Positions 28,166-36,046 of a DNA stretch of 64,000 nt are shown here, piece by piece. Both the position numbers and the translations under genes were made by a program. The stretch comes from an uncultured Acidobacteriota bacterium. Its GTDB lineage: Bacteria > Acidobacteriota > Vicinamibacteria > Vicinamibacterales > UBA2999. The notes beneath the pieces were generated by a model that worked only from the letters and a program-made list of their open reading frames with translations, made no database searches and was not told the origin of the DNA. The number at the start of each line of letters is the position of its first letter. Positions within the stretch are counted from its first letter, which is position 1. The DNA lies in NCBI GenBank assembly GCA_963784065.1, contig CAWAQA010000004.1:341087-405086 (forward strand), given 5' to 3'.

Positions 28166-29944
28166 AGGGAATCGGAGTCTCGGGCGGCCTGGCCGCCGGC
28201 CCCGCACTGGTCGCTATCCAGCGGACGCAGGTCATCCGCTTTCCGATCGCGCCGGACCGCGTCGCGCGCGAGCTGTCGGCGCTCGAGCGGGCGCGCCTGC
28301 GTTCGCACGACCAGCTGAAGCAGATCCGCGGGAGGATCGCCGAGTTGCAGGGCACGGATCTCGCGGCGATCTTCGACGCGCAGCTGCTGATGCTCGACGA
28401 CCCGATGCTCGTCGGCCGCGCGGCGACCATCGTCCTCGAGGAGCGCGTCAACGCCGAGTGGGCGGTGCAGCGCGCGCTCGACGAGCTCGCGGCGGTCTTC
28501 AACGACGTCGAGGATCCCGTACCTGCGCGAACGCAAGGGCGACCTGCACGACGTCGCCGGACGCCTGCGCATGAACATGCGGAGCGAGAAGGGCGGCCCG
28601 CGCGATCTGCTGCAGGATCTCGACACACCCTGCGTCCTCGTCGCCGACGAGCTCACGCCGTCGGTGGTCGCGCAGCTCGACTGGACGCGCATCCGCGGCT
28701 TCGTCACCGACGCCGGCAGCCGCACCTACCACACGGCCATCCTCGCCCGATCGCTCGGCGTCCCGGCCGTCGTCGGCCTGCACGACGTCACGACGCGAAT
28801 TCCGCCCGGCGCCTCGGTCATCGTCGACGGCGATACCGGCGACGTCATCATCAGCCCGTCACCGCAGATGCGACAGGAGGCGGAGGCGCGTACACGGCTC
28901 GCCAGGCTGCAGGTGACGCCGCCGCGTCATTGGGAGGGGCCGACCGAAACGCGCGACGGTGTCCGCATCCAGCTCCAGGCCAACATCGAGCGGTCCGACG
29001 ACGTGTCGTCGGCGCTGGCGTCGGGCGCAGAGGGAATCGGCCTCTACCGATCCGAGTTCCTGCTGGTCGGCGGGCCGCCGGACATGGCGGCCGAGGAGGA
29101 GCAATACCACGTCTACCGCCAGGTCGTGGAGCGCATGGCGCCGAGGCCGGTGACGATCCGGACGTTCGACATCGACGAGCGGCAGCTCGCGCGGCCGCTC
29201 GTGGACGCGGCGCTCGACGCGCGATGGTTCCCCGATGCCGAGCGCGCGGAGCGCGCGGGCCATGGCGGTCTGCGCGGCATCCGCTTCGGCCTGGCGCAGC
29301 CGGCCATCTTCAAGACGCAGCTGCGCGCGCTGCTGCGCGCGGCGGCCTACGGGCCGCTGCGGATCATGTTCCCGTTCGTGTCGTCGGTGCAGGAGGTGCG
29401 CGCGGCGCGGGCCCTGCTCGCGGAGGCGCGGGCCGAGCTCGGTGAGCGCGGGACCACGACGCCCGACGTCTCGGTCGGGATCATGATCGAGGTGCCGTCG
29501 GCCGCGTTCACCGCGTCGCTGCTGGCGCGCGAGGTGGACTTCTTCACCATCGGCACGAACGATCTGATTCAGTACACGCTGGCGGTGGATCGCACCGACG
29601 AGCGCGTGTCCGATCGCTACGAGCCGCTGCATCCAGCCGTGCTGCGGCTGCTGCGCCAGGTGCGGCGCGGCGCGGTGCGGCGCGGCATTCCGGTGTCGGT
29701 GTGCGGTGAGATGGCGTCGGACCCGCTGCTGCTGCGGCTGCTGATCGGCTGCGGGCTGACCGAGTTCAGCATGACGCCCGGCGCGATTGAGATGGCGCGG
29801 CGCGTCGTCCAGGAGACCAGCGCCGGGGAGATGGCGCGCATCGCCGCCCGCGTGCTCACGCTCGGGACTGTGGACGAGATCGAGCAGTTCCTGCGGGATT
29901 CCTTCAAGCATCCGGGTCAGCGCGAAAAGGTGAACACCGAATGA
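28153..29944 (+). pseudogene. ptsI: phosphoenolpyruvate-protein phosphotransferase (PTS enzyme I). The frame is broken by one extra base at 28519.
   Basis: The N-terminus MERLKGIGVSGGLAAGPA...FNDVEDP lies in ORF 28153. It continues YLRERKGDLHDVAGRLRMNMR... in ORF 28571..29944. Deleting g28519 joins them. Active-site His context GSRTYHTAILARSLGVPAVVG. TIM-barrel part FFTIGTNDLIQY and CGEMASDP. Confidence 0.9.
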
Positions 29945-30309
29945 GCAACGGCATCGAGAACGTCGTCACGCGCGTGGACAAGCCCTGGGGGCACGAGCTG
30001 CACTGGGCGAAAACGGATCGGTACGTCGGGAAGGTGCTGCACGTGAAGGCCGGCCATGCGCTCAGCCTCCAGTACCACAACCGGAAAGACGAGACGATGT
30101 ACCTGTACTCGGGAAAAATGGTGTTGGAGACGGAGCAGCAGGGCCAGCTCGTGAAGCGCGAAATGCGGCCCGGCGATTCGGTGCACATCACGCCGAAGAC
30201 GGTCCACCGCATCACGGCAGTGGAGGACTGCGACGTCCTCGAAGTATCGACGCCCGAACTGGATGACGTGGTGAGGCTGGAAGATCGGTACGGAAGGAAA
30301 GGGACGTAG
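29941..30309 (+). CDS. cupin domain protein (type II mannose-6-phosphate isomerase C-terminal-like)
   Basis: Intact 122-aa ORF with cupin motifs: KPWGHELHW, HALSLQYHNRKDETMY, and GDSVHITPKTVHRI. Confidence 0.7.
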   Translation: MSNGIENVVTRVDKPWGHELHWAKTDRYVGKVLHVKAGHALSLQYHNRKDETMYLYSGKMVLETEQQGQLVKREMRPGDSVHITPKTVHRITAVEDCDVLEVSTPELDDVVRLEDRYGRKGT

Positions 30310-30348
30310 CGTAGCAGGCAGCCGGCAGCGTGCAGTCCGCGGGCAGGC
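30306..30348 (+). repeat. heptad-word array (GCNGGCA-type) directly after the cupin stop
   Basis: A gtagc gtagc duplication is followed by gcaggca gccggca gcgtgca gtccgcg ggcaggc when cut every 7 nt. Confidence 0.55.
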
Positions 30349-30412
30349 GAAGCCCGCCTCGACGAACGCGATTGTCTGTTCAGCGTCGTCGAGGCGGACC
30401 TTCAGGTCCGCC
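30341..30412. repeat. head-to-head pair of REP-like hairpins (REPIN-like doublet)
   Basis: 30388-30412 is gtcga ggcggacc ttca ggtccgcc, a perfect 8-bp stem. 30341-30363 is gggcaggc gaa gcccgcct cgac, an imperfect stem in inverted orientation with head GTCG. The two are separated by 24 nt. Confidence 0.7.
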
Positions 30413-30419
30413 TGTCACT

Positions 30420-30436
30420 GCCAGCTGCCGGCTGGC
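30420..30436 (-). terminator. hairpin gccagc-tgccg-gctggc one nt downstream of the ssb stop
   Basis: A 6-bp perfect stem seen in the sequence. No clear U-tract. Confidence 0.35.
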
Positions 30437-30437
30437 C

Positions 30438-30878
30438 TTAGAACGGAATATCGTCGTCGGTGATCGGCTCCATCGGCGGCTCGTCCATCCCGCCGCCTGT
30501 GCACCTGCGAGCTGCCGCCGGCTCGACGCCGCGGCCGCCCCCGCCACCACCGCCGCCGAGCAGCGTGATGCGGTCGGCCTTGATCTCCGTCGTGTAGCGC
30601 TTGTTGCCGTCCTTGTCGTCCCACTGGCGGGTCTGCAGACGCCCTTCGACGTAGATCTGCTTGCCCTTCGTCAGGTACTCCTGCAGGCTTTCGGCCTGCT
30701 TGCCCCAGAGCACCACGCGGTGCCATTCGGTCTTTTCCTGGCGCTGCTGCTGCTTGTCGTTCCACACCTCGGTGGTCGCGAGGTTGAGGGTGGCCACGGC
30801 GGCGCCGCCGGGCGTGTAGCGAAGCTCCGCGTCGCGCCCGAGGTTGCCGACCAGAATGACCTTGTTCACACTGCCCAT
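30438..30878 (-). CDS. ssb: single-stranded DNA-binding protein
   Basis: Intact 146-aa [53 protein letters not shown] Gly-rich tail and the acidic tip DDDIPF. Confidence 0.95.
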   Translation of the reverse strand: MGSVNKVILVGNLGRDAELRYTPGGAAVATLNLATTEVWNDKQQQRQEKTEWHRVVLWGKQAESLQEYLTKGKQIYVEGRLQTRQWDDKDGNKRYTTEIKADRITLLGGGGGGGGRGVEPAAARRCTGGGMDEPPMEPITDDDIPF

Positions 30879-30890
30879 CGAGATCCTTTC

Positions 30891-30989
30891 GGCGGACCTT
30901 CAGGTCCCCCTCTACGCATTCGCCCGCAGGCGGACTGGCGGTCCACCTCTACGCATCCGCTTCAGGCGGACCTGTGAGTCCGCCGCTAC
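30891..30989 (-). repeat. three tandem REP-like hairpin units (GTAG-head, GGCGGACC stem) between ssb and cpoB
   Basis: Plus strand: ggcggacc ttca ggtccccc tctac (30891-30915); ggcggac tggcg gtccacc tctac (30929-30952); ggcggacc tgtga gtccgcc gctac (30965-30989). Read on the minus strand, each starts GTAG(A/C). The linker ctctacgcat(t/c)cgc is also repeated. Confidence 0.75.
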
Positions 30990-31036
30990 CTGTTCACATG
31001 GACACTACCGTGGTGGTGTGACAGACGAGGTCACGA

Positions 31037-31932
31037 CTACGGCGTCGGCGGGCGCTGCTGGCGCGCGAGGCGGTCGAGGCCCTGCTTGGCGAGCCGGGCG
31101 CCGTCGCTCTCCGGGAAGGTCTTGACCACGGTTTCCCACGACGCGCGTGCCGCATCGATCTGCCCCATTCGCTCCTGCGCGATGCCGCGCTTGTAGTACG
31201 TCTCGGGGACGATGCTCGACATCGGGTAGTTCTGAATCACCGCATTGTATGCGGCAACGGCGTCTTCGAAGCGGCTTCTGTGACGCGTACGACTCGCCGA
31301 TCAGGTGTTGCGCCTCGCCGGCCGACTCCGATCGCGGAAAGGCCTTGAGGAACGCGTCGAACCCGTTGATCGCCAGCGAATACTGCCCGGCGAAGTAGTC
31401 GCCGCGCGCGGTTTCGAACATCCGCGTCGGCGAGAGCCCGAGGGTCGAGGGCAGCGGGGCCGGGACGGGCGGCGGCACCGCCGCCGGCGCGTTCGGATCG
31501 ATCGGCGCGTTGGGATCGACGACGGGCGGCAGGCGCCAGCGTTGTCTGCTGTTGCTGCTGCATGGCGAGCATCGAGCTGCGCAGCGCCTCGAGCTCCTCA
31601 CGCAGCGTCGCGATCCGCAGGTTGGTGTCGTCGGTCCGCTCGCGGATCACGCGCACGTCGTTCGCCATGTTGTCGATGATCAGCTTCTGATCGGCGAAGC
31701 CCTTGCGGTTGGCGTTGTTCGTGTCGTCGATGCGCGTGTTGATCGCCTTGACCGCCTGGTCGAGGTTTCGCTGAGCGCGGCCACCGCGATCGCGAGCTGC
31801 TGCGTCTGCTCCTGCAGCATGCGCACCTCGGCGGCCAGCTGCTGGTGCTCGCGGTTCTGCGCCGCGGCCGGCGACGCCACGGCGCGTCCAACCGGCAGCG
31901 CCACCGCGCCGCATCGAACAAAGCTTCTTCAT
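31037..31932 (-). pseudogene. cpoB: Tol-Pal system protein CpoB/YbgF. About four frame breaks.
   Basis: The sequence is assembled from four ORF fragments. MKKL... lies in ORF 31237..31932. ALPVGRAVASPAAAQNREHQQLAAEVRMLQEQTQQLAIAV lies in ORF 31680..31904. NLDQAVKAINTRIDDTNNANRKGFADQKLIIDNMANDVRVIRERTDDTNLRIATLREELEALR is back in ORF 31237..31932. TRMFETARGDYFAGQYSLAINGFDAFLKAFPRSESAGEAQHLIGESY lies in ORF 31005..31601. FEDAVAAYNAVIQNYPMSSIVPETYYKRGIAQERMGQIDAARASWETVVKTFPES lies in ORF 31037..31240. The coiled-coil plus TPR architecture and the position after pal support the call. Confidence 0.75.
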
Positions 31933-31942
31933 AGTCAGAGCC

Positions 31943-32533
31943 TCATTTCGACGTGATCACGAAGTGCGCGCGCCGGTTCTTCGCCCACGCGTCCTCATTG
32001 TGACCCGGATCGAAGGGGAACTCCTTCCCGTAGCTCACCGTGCGGATGCGGTCGGGCGGGATGCCGAGCGACACGAGGTAGGTCTTCACCGCCACCGCCC
32101 GGCGCTCGCCGAGCGCCAGGTTGTATTCGGCGGTGCCGCGCTCGTCGCAGTGGCCCTCGAGGGTGACGACCCACGTCGGGTACTTCTTCAGCAGCTCCGC
32201 GTTCGACTGCGCGATCGCCGCGGCCGGCGTCGTCGAGGTCCGCGCTGTCGAGCGCGAAGAACACCGGCCGGAACGGGGAGTCGCGGTTGAGATCGTCGAG
32301 CGAGCGATTGGCGATCGGAGTCCTCGCGCCAGCGGCTGCGGCGGCACCGGCAACGACTCTTCCACGCGCTGCGGCGGGGGCGGGGGCGGGGCGGTCGTCA
32401 CGGCCGGCGGCGTGGCGACCGGCGGCGGCGGCGGCGCCGCGACGGCGGCTGCCGGCGCGAGCACGACGCGGCGAGCGACGCCGATCAGGATGAGGAGCAC
32501 TCCGACTGCACTGAACCTGCGCATCTCTTGCAT
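31943..32533 (-). pseudogene. pal: peptidoglycan-associated lipoprotein Pal (OmpA family). Two frame breaks.
   Basis: The N-terminus and Pro-rich linker, and the C-terminus [56 protein letters not shown], lie in ORF 31943..32533. The middle part [28 protein letters not shown] is found only in the frame of ORF 31995..33716. Confidence 0.85.
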
Positions 32534-32569
32534 CGGTCCTCGTCGGACGATTCAGACAGGTACATGCTA

Positions 32570-33928
32570 CTAGTTCGACCACGCCGGCGTCTGGTTGTTG
32601 CCGTCCCGCGTGACCTGCTTCACGCCGCGCCCGTCGCGGCCGATCGTGAAAATCTGGATGCGGCCCGCGCGCGTGGACGTGAACGCGATGTGCCGGCCGT
32701 TCGGCGAATAGGCCGGGCTCTCGTTCGAGCCTTCGCCGAATGTGATCTGTCGCGTCATGCCCGTCGCCAGGTCGTAGACCTTGATGTCGTAGCCGGGCCC
32801 GGTACGCGCCGCATAGGCGATCTCGTTGAACGGCGCCGGCGACCAGGTCGGCCGGTCCGCGTACGACTCGGTCGTCGTGATCCGCCGGAGGTTCAGGCCG
32901 TCGGCGCCGGCGACGTAGATCTGCGGCGTGCCGGCGCGGTCGGACGTGAACGCGATCTGCGTGCCGGTCGGCGACCAGGTCGGCGTCACGTCGATCGCCG
33001 GATGGTTGGTGAGGCGCCGCACGGCCGAGCCGTCGCGGTTCATCACGTAGATCTCGGGGTTGCCGTCGCGATTCGACATGAAGGCGATCCGCGTCCCGTC
33101 CGGCGAGAACACCGGCAGGAAGTTCTGCGTCCCGCGCGGCGTCGGCTCCTCCTGCACGCCCTGGTAGATCTGCGCCATGAAGATGTCCGGATAGCCGCGG
33201 CGGTACGACGTGTAGGCCATCGTCCGCGCGTCCGGCGACCACGACGGCGTGATGTTCAGCTGCCGGTTGGTCGTGATGCGCCGCTGGTTGGCGCCGTCGT
33301 AGTCGGAGATGTAGATCTCCTTCACGTCGCGGTTCTCGATCGGTCCGGCCACGCGCTCGCGGTTGCGATCCGAGGCGAACGCCAGCTTCGTGCGCGCCAC
33401 GCCGCGCAGCGCGCGCTGCTGCTGGTGGATCTCGTCGGCGATGGTGTGCGCGTAGAGGCGCGGATTGGTGATCGTCCCGGTGTATTCCTTGGCGAACACC
33501 GACTGGCGCGTGCGCACGTTGAACAGCCGCACCTGCGACGCGTGACGTTGTTCGCCGATGCGCTGCACGCGTGCCGAAGACCACGGCGTCGGCGCCGAGC
33601 TCGCGCCACGCGCTGAACGGCACGTCCTCGGGCGTGCGCGCCGGCGGCACGGTGGCGTAGGTGTCGCGCGGGATCAGGTAGAACTCGCGCTCGAACTCCA
33701 GGTCGTCCCACAGCACCTGGCCATTGTCTTGGCGACCTCGGCGGCGTCGGGCGTGAGCGCCACGAAGTCGGGCACCGCATAACGCGGCGGCGTGCCGGGA
33801 TCGCCGCTGATCACCAGCTCGATCTCCGAGGCTGCTGGCTGCTGCGGCGGCGGCCTGCGCCGACGAGCACGAGCGCGACGGCCGCGACGAACGGCAAGAA
33901 CACGGCGGCAGAGAATCGGTCTTTTCAT
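32570..33928 (-). pseudogene. tolB: Tol-Pal system beta-propeller protein TolB. At least two to four frame breaks.
   Basis: ATG 33928 (MKRPIL...) overlaps the upstream stop as TGATG. EIELVISGDPGTPPRYAVPDFVALTPDAAEVAKT lies in frame 1. VLWDDLEFEREFYLIPRDTY...DAVVFGT lies in ORF 31995..33716. The propeller lies in ORF 32570..33568 (repeated SPDG/SPNG blades: WSPDARTMAY, FSPDGTRIAF, WSPTGTQIAF, YSPNGRHIAF). The signal peptide is unreadable in any single frame. Confidence 0.9.
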
Positions 33929-34701
33929 CACCGGGAATACTCGAATCTCATATGAACGGTGAGCGTCGGGTTGGAGAACTGCGCCGGCAACTCGGGCAGC
34001 CGCGTCAGCAGCAGCGCCCGCTGCGCCGCGAGGTCGAGCGCGTAGAAGCCGCTCGGCAGCTCGACCTGCACCTGTTCGATCGCGCCGCCGCGCGTGATCG
34101 TGAACTTCATCGTCGTGGTGCCGGCCACGCCGTGCTTGGACTGCCAGTTCCGCTGGATGAGCGCCATCATCTGCTCGAGGTACTCCGGGCAGCAGAAGTT
34201 GCCGACGTCGAGCTGCACGCCGGTGCCGCCGCCACCTCCGGTCGTCAGGCCGAACCCCTGGCCGCGCGCGCCGGTCTCGGCCCGCGCGGTGCCTTCCTGC
34301 GGCTCGGGCCCCGTCGTCGGCGTGCGGCCGGTCGCGTCGGCGGGGCTCGTTCGCGGGCGCGGGCGCGGCCGCACGTTTGGCGAGGGCAGCGCCATCTCCG
34401 GCGGCTTCGCCGCCGGCGGCGTTTCGGCGCGACGCACCGGTTCGGGCGGCGTCGGCGCCTGCACCGCGCGTCCGCCCATCGGCGTCATCCCGCCGGCGCG
34501 CGGCCCGGGCGCGCCGCCGAGGCTGATCGTCATGACGGTCCGTGGCGACTCGTTGACCTGCCCGCGCCAGCTGTCCGGCATTAGAGGACGAACAGCACGA
34601 TCGCCCACGTGCGCGGCGATCGACCACGCCACCATCTTCCTGAGCCCCTCGGGCTCGCGGTGGCGCGCGATCAACAGATGACTCGATGGCTGCTCGTTCA
34701 T
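33928..34701 (-). CDS. TolA/TonB-like energy-transducer protein (TonB C-terminal domain). It probably carries a compensated indel pair in its TM segment.
   Basis: ATG 34701 overlaps the tolR stop as ATGA. A Pro-rich spacer (PTPPEPVRRAETPPAAKPPEMALPSP) is followed by a TonB-C-like end (CPEYLEQMMALIQRNW...FTITRGGAIEQVQVELPSG...). The expected membrane anchor reads MVAWSIAAHVGDRAVRPLMP in frame, but WSIAAHVG-IVLFVLLMP if one base is removed and one is added about 22 nt apart. Confidence 0.7.
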   Translation of the reverse strand: MNEQPSSHLLIARHREPEGLRKMVAWSIAAHVGDRAVRPLMPDSWRGQVNESPRTVMTISLGGAPGPRAGGMTPMGGRAVQAPTPPEPVRRAETPPAAKPPEMALPSPNVRPRPRPRTSPADATGRTPTTGPEPQEGTARAETGARGQGFGLTTGGGGGTGVQLDVGNFCCPEYLEQMMALIQRNWQSKHGVAGTTTMKFTITRGGAIEQVQVELPSGFYALDLAAQRALLLTRLPELPAQFSNPTLTVHMRFEYSR

Positions 34702-35166
34702 TGCTCGCCGGGCAGCTTCGATACGATGCCGACGTTCTGCGACGCCGCCTTCCTTGAGGCGGTCGAGCATGTCCATCAGCTCCTGCAGGTTCACGGCGCC
34801 GTCGCCGCGGAGGAAGACCTGCTTGTCCGTCTCGCGTGAGCAGCATCTGCCGCACGCGCTCGGCGAGGACGTCGATCCGGATCGGCTCCTTGCCGAGGAA
34901 GACGCGTCGATCCTCACGGAACTCGAGCGGCACGTCCACGAACAGGCGCTCGCTCGCGATCTCCTGCGAACGGCTGGCCACCGGCAGGTTCACCTCGATC
35001 GCCGCGCTGCAGCATCGGCGCCGCGACCATGAAGATGATGAGCAGCACGAGCATCACGTCCACGAGCGGGATGATGTTGATCTCCGCCAGCGTAGGACGG
35101 CACGCGGCGGCCGCGTCCGGCGCGGCCGCCGTGGGCCGAGGTCGAAGGAATGACCTTGCACGGCAT
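34698..35166 (-). pseudogene. tolR: biopolymer transport protein TolR/ExbD. About four frame breaks.
   Basis: The ATG at 35166 lies 1 nt after the tolQ stop. The TM part [28 protein letters not shown] lies in ORF 34914..36017. [12 protein letters not shown]...RVFLGKEPIRIDVLAERV lies in ORF 33674..34993. TDKQVFLRGDGAVNLQELMDMLDRLKEGGV lies in ORF 33928..34917. The end QNVGIVSKLPGEQ-stop lies in a further frame, and removing the base at 34740 joins it. Confidence 0.85.
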
Positions 35167-35167
35167 C

Positions 35168-35862
35168 CTACGTGAAGTTCCGCTCCGCGATGTTCAGGAA
35201 CTCGAGCGAGAAGTCGTCCATCTCCGTCGCGAAGCTCTTCACCTTCGTGGTGAGGTGGTTGTAGAAGTACACCGCCGGGATGGCGGCGAACAGCCCGGCC
35301 GCGGTGGCGATGAGCGCTTCGGAGATGCCGGCGCCGACGATGGCCAGGTTCGTCGATCCGGTGGCGCCGATCCGGTTGAACGCGATGATGATGCCCCACG
35401 ACCGTGCCGAAGAGCCCGATGAACGGCGTGATGCTCGCGGTCGTCGCGAGAAACGTGATCCGGTGCTCGAGCTTGTTGACTTCGGCCGTGGCCGCGCGCA
35501 GCAGCGCGCGATCGACCGCCGCCAGGCTCTTGAGAGTTGGACGTCCGGCGGACGCTGGCTGGATGGGCCGTTTCTGCCGCGGGATGACCGTAGCCGGAAC
35601 TGCGCGTTGATCTCGGCGTAGCCGGCCTGGAACACCCCGACGAGCGGACTGGCGGGCAGCGACGGGCAGACGGCCTGCACTTCCGAGAACTTGCTGCTCC
35701 GGCGGAAGACGTCGAGGAAGCGTGCGTGTCCTGACCGTCAGCGGTGCGGAACGTCCAGGCTTTGTAGAGGATGATCGCCCACGACGCGATCGAGAACAGC
35801 ACCAGTACCGCGAGGACGGCCTGGTTGATCGGTCCGGTTTCCCTGAGAAGGTCGAACTACAT
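35168..35862 (-). pseudogene. tolQ: Tol-Pal system protein TolQ (MotA/TolQ/ExbB family). At least three frame breaks, and an in-frame TAG as codon 2.
   Basis: ATG 35862 is preceded by gggacga. It is followed by TAG and then [74 protein letters not shown] lies in a second frame. [45 protein letters not shown] lies in a third. [12 protein letters not shown]...[17 protein letters not shown]...NFT lies in ORF 35168..35680. Confidence 0.85.
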
Positions 35863-36046
35863 CTGTCGTCCCAGCCACTGGGGCAGCACCGTCCTGCACC
35901 TGCAGTGCAAGGACGAGAGAGCCAAGCGTGTGCAACGAAGCCTCCGATGCATCGGCAAACGCGCCGCTGGGACAGCGCAGACAGCGGCAGGGTAGCACGC
36001 GACCAAAGGGCTGTCAAACATCTGATACGATGGGAGTTCCGCCCAC

